This document shows positions 9,162 through 19,448 of a stretch of 64,000 nucleotides of DNA, one piece after another. This DNA comes from Deltaproteobacteria bacterium (GTDB taxonomy: Bacteria; UBA10199; GCA-002796325; JACPFF01). The notes beneath the pieces are model-generated. The model was not told the DNA's origin, ran no database searches, and saw only the letters and a list, made by a program, of their open reading frames with translations. Every line of letters begins with the position of its first letter. Position 1 is the stretch's first letter. The stretch is from assembly GCA_016183065.1 (NCBI GenBank), contig JACPFF010000005.1:21-64020 (forward strand). Direction: 5' to 3'. The translations under genes and the position numbers were made by a program.

Positions 9162-9949
9162 TGCACGACAAGCCGGAGCCGATCGGAAAACACCTGACCG
9201 ATCTGCGGGCCATGCTCATCCGCATGCTGGTTGTCGTTGCGCTGGCGGCTGGCAGCGCTTTTGCCTTTGCCCCGGCGCTGTTCCGCCTCCTGCAACGCCC
9301 CTATCTGCGGATCCTGGAAAGTGCCGGCCGCGAGAGGGCTTCGGTTTTTTTACAGACCTTGGAGCCGTCGGAAACCTTTAAAATCAGCTTCACGGTCGCC
9401 CTGATCCTTGGCAGTGCTGTCGTTCTCCCGTATCTCCTCTACGAGCTCTGGCGGTTCATTCGCACGGGCCTCTTCCCCAAGGAACGGCGATTCGCACTGC
9501 CGATTGTGGTCAGTGGAACGCTCCTCTTTTTTGGCGGGGCCCTCTTTGCCTATTTCATGGTCGTCCCGCTCGTGCTGGCCTTTTTCTGGGACTACAGCTT
9601 GCGCCTTGGCGTCACACCGGCATGGTCGATCAGCCAGTATATCGATTTTGTCCTTGGCCTGCTGGTCGCCTTTGGGCTCTCGTTTGAACTCCCGGTGGTC
9701 GCATCGATCCTTGCCGCCGCCGGCATCGTCTCTGCCCAGATGATGCGCAAGATACGGGGCTATGCGATCTTTGCCATCTGCCTGGTCTCCGCACTCCTCA
9801 CGCCCTCTGATGTGGCCAGCATGCTCCTCATGGCCATCCCGCTGGTGGCCCTGTATGAAATTTCGATTCTGATTGCGACAGTGATTGGACGGAAGCAACA
9901 GATGGCGGTCGACACACATCGCACGCAAGACGGAGAGATCGCACCATGA
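9158..9949 (+). CDS. tatC: Twin-arginine translocase TatC
   Basis: HLTDLR, FELP, LTPSD, LYE motifs. Confidence 0.95.
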   Translation: MMHDKPEPIGKHLTDLRAMLIRMLVVVALAAGSAFAFAPALFRLLQRPYLRILESAGRERASVFLQTLEPSETFKISFTVALILGSAVVLPYLLYELWRFIRTGLFPKERRFALPIVVSGTLLFFGGALFAYFMVVPLVLAFFWDYSLRLGVTPAWSISQYIDFVLGLLVAFGLSFELPVVASILAAAGIVSAQMMRKIRGYAIFAICLVSALLTPSDVASMLLMAIPLVALYEISILIATVIGRKQQMAVDTHRTQDGEIAP

Positions 9950-10923
9950 CCCATCGTTACGATGTATACGGTATCGGCAATGCGCTCGTCGACATCCAGG
10001 CCCGTGTCGAAGACGCCATGATCGCCGACATTTCTTCAGAACACTTTCCCGGCGTCATCACGAAAGGGACGATGCACCTCGTGAATACGTCCTTTCAGGG
10101 CCATCTGCTCCGTGTGCTGGAGCGCGAGACGCTGCACACGGTCGCGGGCGGCAGCGCCTGCAATACGATCCTCGGCGTCGCCTATGCCGGCTGTCGCGCG
10201 AAATACGCGGGCAAGGTCGGCGATGACGTCCATGGCGCGTTCTTTGTCGATGACCTGCACAGCCTGGGAGTCGATTTTGATGTACCGATGGGTCACGATG
10301 ATACCGGTACCTGCGTCATTCTCGTCACGCCCGACGCGCAGCGCACCATGTTCACGCATCTCGGTATCAGCACGGCACTCACACCGGATGACATCAACGA
10401 GGACGATATCCGCCAGAGCCGCTGGATCTATATCGAAGGCTATCTCTGGGATGCCGATGGCCCAAAGGCTGCATCGATCAAGGCCATGGAGATCGCCAAG
10501 AGACACGGCGTCCGCGTGGCATATACCTTTTCCGACCGCTTCTGTGTCGAGCGCGCCCGGGAGGATTTTTTGGCGTTTACGAAACACTATGTCGACCTGG
10601 TCTTCTGCAACCGGGACGAGGCCTATGCCTTTGCGTGTGAACACGGTCTTGAAAAGACCGTCCAGATGATCACGGGCCTCGGCACTGGTGTGGCAATCAC
10701 CGATGGGGTCAACGGCTCGGTCATTGCGTGGAATGGCGAGCGTCTGCAGGTCCCCTCCGTCAAGACCACAGCCATCGATACCACGGGCGCCGGGGACCTC
10801 TACGCTGCCGGCGTACTCGCAGGCATTTGCCAGGGGAAGTCGATGCATGACGCCGGCGCCCTCGGCGCCAAACTCGCCGCCCAAGTCATTGCCGTCCAGG
10901 GCGCACGATTGCAAGTGGCGTAG
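9946..10923 (+). CDS. PfkB-family adenosine/nucleoside kinase
   Basis: GIGNALVD, AGGSACN, IEGYLWD, DTTGAGD. Confidence 0.92.
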   Translation: MTHRYDVYGIGNALVDIQARVEDAMIADISSEHFPGVITKGTMHLVNTSFQGHLLRVLERETLHTVAGGSACNTILGVAYAGCRAKYAGKVGDDVHGAFFVDDLHSLGVDFDVPMGHDDTGTCVILVTPDAQRTMFTHLGISTALTPDDINEDDIRQSRWIYIEGYLWDADGPKAASIKAMEIAKRHGVRVAYTFSDRFCVERAREDFLAFTKHYVDLVFCNRDEAYAFACEHGLEKTVQMITGLGTGVAITDGVNGSVIAWNGERLQVPSVKTTAIDTTGAGDLYAAGVLAGICQGKSMHDAGALGAKLAAQVIAVQGARLQVA

Positions 10924-10962
10924 GATGTCATTGAGAGGCTCCTAAGCCATAGCCGTCATTTT

Positions 10963-11424
10963 TCACTTTTCCGAGAGACTCTCGTCCGAAAGCTGTTCCA
11001 AATCGGCAAGGTCTTTATGTCTCCCTGTTACTGCCTTATTGTGTTTCAAGGTTTCTTTGTCGATAAAAAATACTGTCACGTTGCCATACGCCCCAGGTAA
11101 ACGCGTTTGCCAAGCGGCATCAAACTCGATGCCGCTCGCATCGTTGATCAGATCGACCCGATTTGGAGGTTGTCCGAGTTGTACGACCATCCCTTGCGTC
11201 AACAAATCACTATCGGAAATGGCGAGACTGCCAAACCCAAAATCGTGCAGAGCCGAGAGAATGGACCGAGCATTTTCTGAACTACGCCGATAATAGAGAT
11301 CTAAGTCCTGCGTATAGCGGGGTGCGCCATGAAATGCCACCGCATAGCCCCCGATCACCAGATATTCAACGTGATGGTCGTTGAAATACGCGAGCAGTTC
11401 TTCGAAATCCTTGTTGGTCTCCAT
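10963..11424 (-). CDS. Nucleotidyltransferase (DUF6036-like)
   Basis: YLVIGGYAVAFHG.PRYTQDLD...GRHKDLADLE. Confidence 0.85.
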   Translation of the reverse strand: METNKDFEELLAYFNDHHVEYLVIGGYAVAFHGAPRYTQDLDLYYRRSSENARSILSALHDFGFGSLAISDSDLLTQGMVVQLGQPPNRVDLINDASGIEFDAAWQTRLPGAYGNVTVFFIDKETLKHNKAVTGRHKDLADLEQLSDESLSEK

Positions 11425-11560
11425 GGCACACCTTATGATAGCGGCGTCGTAGTATTTCCACTAGAGTGAGCCGGTCTTGCGAGTTCAACGAACGATACAG
11501 GCGCTGCTCCTTTTTTCGCGCCTCTTCATGCGACCGATATTTTTGAATCACGCGCTCCAT
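11366..11560 (-). CDS. Small basic protein upstream of the nucleotidyltransferase
   Basis: 64 aa ORF overlapping the NTase start; AT-rich upstream region. Confidence 0.65.
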   Translation of the reverse strand: MERVIQKYRSHEEARKKEQRLYRSLNSQDRLTLVEILRRRYHKVCHGDQQGFRRTARVFQRPSR

Positions 11561-11638
11561 GTCTAGGGACCGATTGTATCCTAAAATTTCAATTAAACCA
11601 AGATGATAACAAAACCTCATGCCCGCTCTTCCTGACGG

Positions 11639-13567
11639 CTACTCACATTTCAACGCCCTGAGCGCCATCGCGGTGTCCCGCAGCAGGGGTTCGACGGAAA
11701 TGGGGGCACCGACGGCGTGCTCCATCCAGGCGTCGGGATAGACGGCGCCCACGGAACAGATGCGCGGCATCTCTTTGCCCAGGACCTTCCCTTTGAGGAA
11801 GCGACGGATCTGGTAGGCGCAGAGGTAACCGATCGGATAGTCCGCCAGGTAGAGATCGCACCACAACATGTGGGAATATGCCGCCAATAGGCCGTAACTC
11901 TCTGGACCAAAGATGGGGCGATGGTAACGCGCCCACATCCGGTCGTTGATCTCCCGAAGCGCATGCTGCATCTGTGCGGCCGTGGCCTGTGGATGCTGGT
12001 AGAGCCAATGGAAGAAGTCGATCTCGACCAGCGCGGGTCCGGCAATCTCAAAGACCTCCCAGAAGCGTTGCAACATGACGACGTGGGGATCGCTGCGTCG
12101 TGCACGGCCGAGAATGTCCTCGGCCCGATCCTGAAATGTAAAGGCAAAGGCCTCGGTAATCGCCGAATTGGGCACGCCCCAGAGCGATTGATAGTCCATC
12201 CGATATGACGACAAGACGCCTTCTACACAGTGCCCCAACTCATGCATGAAGGTGCTAAATTCGATTTCGCTGATCCCGTCTTTAGGGACGCGCACGCGGA
12301 GCAACTGCAGATCATGCGCAGTCCCCGGCGACCAGGCATGACCGGCGCTGCGGCCATTATCGACCCGAATACGCGGCGCGACAGAGTCGGCGGTCTTGGC
12401 GTCAAACCCGAGCTGGCGCATGATCTTCGGAATGGCCCGCTGCAGATCGGCGCTCGTGCGATATTGCCTGTTGAGTGCCACTTTCAATGGGGATTTCTTC
12501 GCATCCCCGAGAAAATTTTTGAAATAGATATCAAAGGGCTCCAAGGGCCGTTCAAACCGTTGCGCCAGATACTGGCCGACACGCGGCGCCACGGCAGCAC
12601 CCAACACCTCAGTCAACATTTTTCGCACACGCGCCTCGGGGATTTCGCGCTCCTCCAAAAACTTTTGGTCGATCATGTTGCCAAAACGTGTGTGCGGATC
12701 GATGGCCCGCGCAGCATGGAAGAGCGAGCGAAAGTGTTGCCAGCGCAGCGCCCCATGTCCCCTGGCCTTCCGCGTTTTCCCCCGGACATGAATGGTCCCG
12801 TCTGGCACCGACCACCCGACCAGCGGTTGATCAAGGATCTCCGCAGGGATTTCGCCATCGACGACCCGCCGGAGCAGTTCGAGAAGGGCCCGTTGTTTTT
12901 TGAGGCCATGCGGCGCGCCGTAGAGTTGCATCATGTAATCGCGAAGGCCCCAATGTGAAATCAGACGTGTCCCCTTGGGGAAACGGATGTCGGGATCGCC
13001 AAAGTCGATTTGATCCACATAGAGATTGTAACTCGAGACAAATTGATCGACCTGTGCATGGATGGCCGTGGCCCGCACCTTGAGCTTCGCGGGAATCACC
13101 TCGCGGCCCCAGGCGGCCAGCCGCCGTGCTGCCCATCCCGCGCGGGTCTTTGGCGGATCGAGACGCTCGGTCCCGAAATTGAGTTGCACCAAGGCCGCAA
13201 TCTTTCCCTGCCGATAATCCTCCTCCAGATGACTGCTGACCGAAAAGGCCCCCAACAACCCTTCCGCAGGCGTCAGCGGGAGATCGGCAATGTCGAGTCC
13301 TGCACGGGTCTCCTTGCGAATCACGGTCATGCTCCCCGTAATCAGGCGCCAGATGCGGTCGAGACGGTGCAACAACTGCCGCTTTGCCCTCCCCGGCGGC
13401 AGATAGTGTTGCAGGGCAAACTCGGCAAACCGCTGCGGGCCCTCTTTGCGAAAGTCCCAGACACGGGCACAGGCGGTCACACCGGAAAGGATATCTGCGC
13501 GCGCGCGAACACCATGTCGTTTGACCAATGCCGCCGTCGCAGTACGAATCACTGTTGTTTGTGTCAT
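11639..13567 (-). CDS. Gluzincin-type (M3/M32-like) metallopeptidase
   Basis: FMHELGH plus downstream TEAFA glutamate; YLADYPIG. Confidence 0.7.
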   Translation of the reverse strand: MTQTTVIRTATAALVKRHGVRARADILSGVTACARVWDFRKEGPQRFAEFALQHYLPPGRAKRQLLHRLDRIWRLITGSMTVIRKETRAGLDIADLPLTPAEGLLGAFSVSSHLEEDYRQGKIAALVQLNFGTERLDPPKTRAGWAARRLAAWGREVIPAKLKVRATAIHAQVDQFVSSYNLYVDQIDFGDPDIRFPKGTRLISHWGLRDYMMQLYGAPHGLKKQRALLELLRRVVDGEIPAEILDQPLVGWSVPDGTIHVRGKTRKARGHGALRWQHFRSLFHAARAIDPHTRFGNMIDQKFLEEREIPEARVRKMLTEVLGAAVAPRVGQYLAQRFERPLEPFDIYFKNFLGDAKKSPLKVALNRQYRTSADLQRAIPKIMRQLGFDAKTADSVAPRIRVDNGRSAGHAWSPGTAHDLQLLRVRVPKDGISEIEFSTFMHELGHCVEGVLSSYRMDYQSLWGVPNSAITEAFAFTFQDRAEDILGRARRSDPHVVMLQRFWEVFEIAGPALVEIDFFHWLYQHPQATAAQMQHALREINDRMWARYHRPIFGPESYGLLAAYSHMLWCDLYLADYPIGYLCAYQIRRFLKGKVLGKEMPRICSVGAVYPDAWMEHAVGAPISVEPLLRDTAMALRALKCE

Positions 13568-13638
13568 GAGCAGTATATATGCAGCGAGATTGTCTGATGC
13601 AAGTGACATATTGCGCTCGAGCGCAAAGGAGGTCTTCG

Positions 13639-14493
13639 ATGTTTGCCCCAACGCTGTTCAAGAATCGCACGATCCTGATCACTGGCGGCGGTACCGGACT
13701 CGGACTGGCCATGGGCAAGGCACTCGCACAGTATGGGGCGCACCTCATCCTCGTCAGCCGCAATGCCGAGCACCTTGAACACGCAGCCGCCGCATTGCGT
13801 ACGTCGAAAGCGGAGGTGGTCACTCTCCCCTGCGACATCCGTGATCACACGCAAGTCGCGACCATGCTCGACACCGCGTTTGCCACATGCGGCACGATCG
13901 ACGGATTGATCAACAATGCCGCGGGGAACATTGCCGCACCAACGGAGTCGCTCTCGCCCAATGCCTTTCTCTCCGTGGTCGGCACGGTCCTGCATGGATC
14001 CTACTTCTGCACGCAACAACTCGGTCGACGGTGGATTGCGGCGGGTGCGCGCGGTACCGTGCTCTCCATCGTCACGACCTATGCCTGGAGCGGTTCCGCA
14101 TTCGTCGTGCCATCCGCGTGCGCCAAGGCCGGCGTCCTGGCCATGACCCGTTCGCTCGCGGTCGAGTGGGGCCGCCACGGCATCCGCCTCAACGCCATCG
14201 CACCCGGGCCCTTTCCCACGGCTGGTGCATGGCAACGGTTGATGCCTCCGGGACTCGAACAGGCAATGGTTGCACGCAATCCACTGGGGCGCGTAGGGCG
14301 TCCGGAAGAACTCGCGCACCTCGCACTCTTCTTACTGAGTGATGCCGCCGACTATATCAATGGTGAATGCATCACGATCGACGGCGGCGAATGGCTCGCC
14401 GGGGCTGGTCAATTCAACGCTCTCTCGCGCCTCACGCGCGAAGAGTGGGAGGCGCTGCGCGCACAAGCTGCGGGAAATAACTACGGTCAGTGA
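13639..14493 (+). CDS. SDR oxidoreductase, 2,4-dienoyl-CoA reductase type
   Basis: TGGGTGLG, NNAAGN, SACAKAGV, IAPGPFPT. Confidence 0.9.
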   Translation: MFAPTLFKNRTILITGGGTGLGLAMGKALAQYGAHLILVSRNAEHLEHAAAALRTSKAEVVTLPCDIRDHTQVATMLDTAFATCGTIDGLINNAAGNIAAPTESLSPNAFLSVVGTVLHGSYFCTQQLGRRWIAAGARGTVLSIVTTYAWSGSAFVVPSACAKAGVLAMTRSLAVEWGRHGIRLNAIAPGPFPTAGAWQRLMPPGLEQAMVARNPLGRVGRPEELAHLALFLLSDAADYINGECITIDGGEWLAGAGQFNALSRLTREEWEALRAQAAGNNYGQ

Positions 14494-15674
14494 TTGACGA
14501 CACCACCGTCATCACACCCCCCGGGCGTCAGACAATCGTTTGGAGCTTCGAGCTGGCACGTACCGCTGCATCCATCGCCATTCTTGAGATTCCCATCGTC
14601 ACACTGTTCGCCAAATTCCGTCTCGCCATTGCCACACACCGGCATTCCCGGTGTCACCGTGATGGCCCTCGGAGGTGTAACGGTAAAGATGATCGGCTTT
14701 GACACCTTCAACGGTTCATACATGCAGCCCTTTGAACACCCATCGCCATTGATTTGATTGCCGTCGTCGCACTGTTCCTGATAGGGTTTGCACGATGTTG
14801 CCCCGGCGACACAGAGCACATGCTCGACATGGCCATTGCCGCACATCGGTTCCCAGATGCAGTGTGCCGAGCAGCCATCGCCATTCTTCGTGTTGCCGTC
14901 ATCACATTGCTCGAATTTCTTGGGCTCCACCAGGCCGTTGCCACATTTCAGCGCCTGCGGTTCCGGCTGGCACGTCGCTGAACAGCCGTCGCCGCTGAGA
15001 CCATTCCCGTCATCGCACTGTTCACCGGCGTCGAGCGTTTTATTGCCGCAGAGGGCACAATGAGCCATCTGCCGGTACGTATCTGTGCACCCGCCGGCAT
15101 TGCACGATTCATCCCAAGCAATGGTCTCCACACAAACGGAGCCTGGCACACTCTGCGCACAGGGAATGATCGTCGAGGTGAGCGCCCCCTCGGGACAGTC
15201 CTTGGTCACATAGGATGGATCTCCCCCCCAGCATTCCCCTTCATGGGGGACTTTCGCATCAATGAACTGTGGGTCTTCATAGTAGGTGTAACAGTCGGTT
15301 TTTTTCGGTGGCGCAGTGCCGGCAACACAGGCATTCTGCTGGGGATCGCAGATTTCCCCCTCTGCGCAATCATGCACAAAATAGCCGAACTTGCATGAAG
15401 CAACATGCAGTTCCCATTCCCCCGTGACCGGATTCTGCGCACAATAGGGCGAGAGTGTTTTTGTTTCTCCAGAAGAGGTTGTGACGGTGACCGTATTTGA
15501 ATTATAAAATTTTATCCCGCCATTCACATGCACAGGCGGATACGTCTCCTGACAGTTCGCATAGCTCTCCTGAAATGTTGATGCCATCACGACATGCGGC
15601 ATGCCACACGTCACAATGACGGCCAGGAAATGGATGATGCCTGTGTGACGAACGCCACGGGAATTTGTTCGCAT
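14487..15674 (-). CDS. Secreted Cys-rich repeat protein (Myxococcus-type/DUF4215)
   Basis: Four CG...EQCDDGN...GDGCS..C repeats; signal peptide; AAGGAG RBS. Confidence 0.85.
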   Translation of the reverse strand: MRTNSRGVRHTGIIHFLAVIVTCGMPHVVMASTFQESYANCQETYPPVHVNGGIKFYNSNTVTVTTSSGETKTLSPYCAQNPVTGEWELHVASCKFGYFVHDCAEGEICDPQQNACVAGTAPPKKTDCYTYYEDPQFIDAKVPHEGECWGGDPSYVTKDCPEGALTSTIIPCAQSVPGSVCVETIAWDESCNAGGCTDTYRQMAHCALCGNKTLDAGEQCDDGNGLSGDGCSATCQPEPQALKCGNGLVEPKKFEQCDDGNTKNGDGCSAHCIWEPMCGNGHVEHVLCVAGATSCKPYQEQCDDGNQINGDGCSKGCMYEPLKVSKPIIFTVTPPRAITVTPGMPVCGNGETEFGEQCDDGNLKNGDGCSGTCQLEAPNDCLTPGGCDDGGVVNH

Positions 15675-15794
15675 GGGCCACTCCTTCCGTAAAGAATATG
15701 TTATTTGTATGAATTTTTTTCCAGAATGGTCAATGCCATTTTTCGGCATACGACGTGGCTTGAAAGCCCTGCCTGAAGCTGATACGAGGCCGCC

Positions 15795-17447
15795 ATGCGC
15801 ATATGGTGGATGATCGGCGTTCTCGTCGGTGCCCTCGTGGTGGCCAACCCGGCACACTCCTCCGTGCGGTCAGAGCTGGTGCCGGGGGAGATCACCGAGC
15901 ATCTGCTCGCTCTCCTGGATGCGGCGGGCCTCCTCGACACCTACATGACCGGCCAGCGCCCCCTCTCGCGTGTGGAGGTCGCGCGCCTCATCCGCGAAGC
16001 TGATGCACACTATGCACACTGGACACCGCGGCAGCTCGATTCTGCGCGCGGGCTCACGGCCACCAATCGCCAGCTGCTGCTCCTCAACCAGGTGGACGCC
16101 GGTCTCGCATGGCTCCACGAGACCTATGCCACAGAGTTACGGGCCACGCATGATCCGTCGACCCTGCGCGGGGTCCATGTGACTCCCTGGCAGCAGCTGG
16201 CGATGACGCAAACCGCGCTGGATCAGGATCCTCGCGTCATTCCTGGCGACGTCGGTCTGGGGATTGGCATCGAGGCCGGAACAACGCCTCTCACGGATCA
16301 TGAAGAAGGTCGTCAGTATCGGGATGGCCCAACCACGGCGTTTGAGTCGTGGCATGCTGTGCAACTCTCGCCCTATCTGCATTTCACCGCGCAACCCCGT
16401 TTTTCCGCAACCGTTGGCACGGAGGGCGATTGGGCCAATCCCTTTCCGCAACGCCTCTACCTCACTGCGGGGAGCCGGGCCGTGGCGGCCCTGGTCGGAC
16501 GCACGGCCGTGTTGTGGGGACCCGGCGACCATGGCGGTCTTGCGCTCTCCGATAACGTACGACCGTTGGACCAGCTGCGGATCGGGACACCGACACCGTT
16601 TCAACTTCCCGGCATTTTTCGCCATCTGGGTCACTGGAAAGTGAGTGTCTTGGGCGTGCATTTGGGGAACGACCGCACTATCCCCAATGCCGTGCTGACC
16701 GGCTATCGGGTGGACTGGTTGCCACACCGCACGTTCACGTTCGGCACCGAACACCTCGTGATGCTCGGCGGACGCGGGGCCCGTGCACCCAATGTTGGCG
16801 AGGCCATGGCCTCGTTCTTCGGACTCCCCTTTGGCTCGCACCGCAGCGTGGACGCAAATCACATGTTCGCCATTGACCTGCACGCGCGCATTCCTGCGTG
16901 GCGCGGCACCAGCCTCTATCTCCAATGGCTACTGGATAACCCATCGACACAGGCTCGACTCCTCTTTGATCACGATGCGGGATGGTTGATCGGCGCCCAC
17001 ATCCCCCGGCTCAGTCATGATGGTCTCTGGACCCTGCGCGCCGAATTCGCACGGATTGGCCGACGCGTCTATCGCCACGAGATCTACACCAGCGGGTGGA
17101 CACTCAACGGACGGGTCATGGGAGCACCGGCAGGCCCCGATAGTCACCGGCTGGAGGTGCAGCTCGGGCATACCCTCATTCCCCACAGTCACACCGCGGC
17201 GATCGTGCGGGTGACACAGCGGCGCGGGGATCAATATCGCGTGGCCGGTGGAGAGATTGATACCGAGCGCGATCTTCCCGATGAATGGTCGACCGCGCTC
17301 CTCCTCGATTTTCGTCACACCATGACGCGACACCCGCTGACATGGCGGCTGTGCGGCGGCTACGAGCATGTCTGGAACGCGAATTTTGTCGGCGGGGAAC
17401 GGGAAAAAAACGTGCGCGGTGAAATCGGTCTCACGTTGGCGTTGTAG
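15795..17447 (+). CDS. Capsule assembly Wzi-family outer membrane protein
   Basis: Signal peptide, RPLSR, WGPG..GGL.LSDN..P, terminal beta strand. Confidence 0.8.
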   Translation: MRIWWMIGVLVGALVVANPAHSSVRSELVPGEITEHLLALLDAAGLLDTYMTGQRPLSRVEVARLIREADAHYAHWTPRQLDSARGLTATNRQLLLLNQVDAGLAWLHETYATELRATHDPSTLRGVHVTPWQQLAMTQTALDQDPRVIPGDVGLGIGIEAGTTPLTDHEEGRQYRDGPTTAFESWHAVQLSPYLHFTAQPRFSATVGTEGDWANPFPQRLYLTAGSRAVAALVGRTAVLWGPGDHGGLALSDNVRPLDQLRIGTPTPFQLPGIFRHLGHWKVSVLGVHLGNDRTIPNAVLTGYRVDWLPHRTFTFGTEHLVMLGGRGARAPNVGEAMASFFGLPFGSHRSVDANHMFAIDLHARIPAWRGTSLYLQWLLDNPSTQARLLFDHDAGWLIGAHIPRLSHDGLWTLRAEFARIGRRVYRHEIYTSGWTLNGRVMGAPAGPDSHRLEVQLGHTLIPHSHTAAIVRVTQRRGDQYRVAGGEIDTERDLPDEWSTALLLDFRHTMTRHPLTWRLCGGYEHVWNANFVGGEREKNVRGEIGLTLAL

Positions 17448-17479
17448 CACTCATGAAAAAACCTCGCACTCCCTGAGGC

Positions 17480-17613
17480 GTGGGGCCCCACGCCCCAGCC
17501 GCACCGCAGCGCTGAGGGGGATGTGGCGACGACCGAGTCCGGGCACCCGCGAAGCGGGTGGACGAGGAAGTACCCGGAGACGGAGCCGGAGGGTACGTGA
17601 GCCCCTCCAATAG
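17480..17613. repeat. GC-rich structured intergenic repeat, copy 1
   Basis: GTGGGGCCCCACG.CCCAGC...ACGTGAGCCCCTCCAATAG shared with 37451, 42576 and 54164. Confidence 0.8.
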
Positions 17614-17625
17614 TTGTCCGCGTCT

Positions 17626-18936
17626 CTACAACAACATCCCCGCGATCGTGCCGGTCATGCAGGTCGCGATGGCGCCGCCCAGCATGGCGCGGAAGGCGAG
17701 GCGCGCCAGGTCCGCACGACGATTCGGCGCCAGCGCCGAGAGCCCGCCGATCTGGATGCCGATCGAGCTGAAATTGGCAAAGCCGCACAGGGCAAATGTC
17801 GCAATGGTCTCCCCCTTGTGGGACAGGAGACCGGCAGCTGTCAGTTTGGTCAGTTCTGCATAGCCGATAAATTCATTCACGCTCAGTTTGATCCCGATCA
17901 GATGACCCACGGCGGTCGCATCGGCGCTGGGCACGCCCATCAAGACCGCGAGCGGTCGGAGCAACGTGCCGAACAGGGTCTTGAGACTCCCCGGCACCAC
18001 ACTCCCATACCACGTGGCGGCACGGTATTCGCCATCGACCAGCGGCGCGCCGATGAACCGGCCGTCGACCATCGTGTCGATCCACCCGAGCACGAGATTC
18101 ACAAAGGCAATGAGCGCAATAAAGGCAAGGAGCATCGCGCCTACATTGAGCGCGAGATGCAGGCCATCGGTGGTCCCGCGCGCAATCGCATCGAGGAGAT
18201 TCGAGCCGACATCGAGTTTCGGGAGTTTTGCATCGCCGGCGGTCTCCGAATGTTCCGTCTCCGGCTGCACGATTTTCCCGATCATCAGGGCGGCCGGCAC
18301 GGCCATGCAGCTTCCGACGATCAAATGGGCCGGATTCACGCCCATCTTGACATAGGCACCGAGCACACTCCCGGCGATCGTGGCAAATCCGCCGACCATG
18401 ACCGTGAGCAATTCCGACGATGTCAGGCGCGCGAGAAAGGGGCGAATCAGGAGCGGGGCCTCCGTCTGTCCGACAAAAATATTCGCCGTACAGGACAACG
18501 TCTCTGCCCCGGACGTCCCCATGATGCGGCGCATGCCGATGGCCATGATTTCGATGATCCATTGCATAATGCCGAAATAATAGAGCACCGCCATAAAAGC
18601 GGAAAAAAAGATGATGATCGGCAGGACGCCAAAGGCAAACTGAAACCCGAAAGTGTCGATCATCTCGGAATTGACGATATTGCCGAATAGAAACCGGGTC
18701 CCCTCGTCCGTGAGTTGGAGGAACGCGCTGACCTTGCCCGCGAACCACTCAATGGCCATGGCCCCGCCGCGCCAGCGTAACAGCATGAATCCGAGGACAA
18801 ATTGCATGGCCAGGCCCGTGATAATCATCCGCGGTCTGATCAGGCGCCGATTGGATGAGAGGAGATAGGCACAACCGAGCAAGACAGCAAGGCCAAGCAG
18901 CCCGATCATCCGTTCCATTGATGCCCCTTTCGCCAC
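17626..18936 (-). CDS. nupC: Concentrative nucleoside transporter (CNT/NupC)
   Basis: NIFVGQTEAP, NEFIGY, LCGFANFSSIGIQIGG. Confidence 0.95.
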   Translation of the reverse strand: MAKGASMERMIGLLGLAVLLGCAYLLSSNRRLIRPRMIITGLAMQFVLGFMLLRWRGGAMAIEWFAGKVSAFLQLTDEGTRFLFGNIVNSEMIDTFGFQFAFGVLPIIIFFSAFMAVLYYFGIMQWIIEIMAIGMRRIMGTSGAETLSCTANIFVGQTEAPLLIRPFLARLTSSELLTVMVGGFATIAGSVLGAYVKMGVNPAHLIVGSCMAVPAALMIGKIVQPETEHSETAGDAKLPKLDVGSNLLDAIARGTTDGLHLALNVGAMLLAFIALIAFVNLVLGWIDTMVDGRFIGAPLVDGEYRAATWYGSVVPGSLKTLFGTLLRPLAVLMGVPSADATAVGHLIGIKLSVNEFIGYAELTKLTAAGLLSHKGETIATFALCGFANFSSIGIQIGGLSALAPNRRADLARLAFRAMLGGAIATCMTGTIAGMLL

Positions 18937-19050
18937 GAACGTGCCGTATCGATGCTACACGCGCCCCCTATCATCTCCCGTAAACGGCTGTCACGAAAGA
19001 AAGGGGGAGCGCGATTGACAGCCGTTGACGGATCAGATTATGGACGGCGA

Positions 19051-19437
19051 ATGACCCTTCCCGCATCCGAGAAACGGAAATTTGCACGGCTCGATCTGGC
19101 GCTCTCTGTCAGTTATGTGCCGCTCGGCGCCCATCAACCCCCGCAGGATCCGCGGGAGGCGCTGAGTAGCGACATCAGCCAAGGGGGCCTCCGACTCATG
19201 ACCCCCACGGCGCTCCCCGTGGGGACAGAGCTTGAGCTCCAGATCACGCTGGAAGGGAACGAACATGCGCCGATCGTGGCGACCGGCGAGGTCGTGTGGC
19301 AGAACAAACTGAGCCCGACGAGCTTCGAAACCGGCGTGACCATTCAAACCATGCCCACGGCGGACCGCTCCCGCTTCATGCAATTTGTCTTCGATCAGAT
19401 GAGCAAGCTGGTCGGTTCCACGGCCGTTCCCGTATAA
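19051..19437 (+). CDS. PilZ domain protein
   Basis: RxxxR (RKFAR) and DxSxGG (DISQGG). Confidence 0.9.
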   Translation: MTLPASEKRKFARLDLALSVSYVPLGAHQPPQDPREALSSDISQGGLRLMTPTALPVGTELELQITLEGNEHAPIVATGEVVWQNKLSPTSFETGVTIQTMPTADRSRFMQFVFDQMSKLVGSTAVPV

Positions 19438-19448
19438 GGGATCTTCAT

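Noticed and set aside
10924-11640. Integron cassettes explaining the TA-like modules
   Set aside because: No attC-like sites or integron integrase seen
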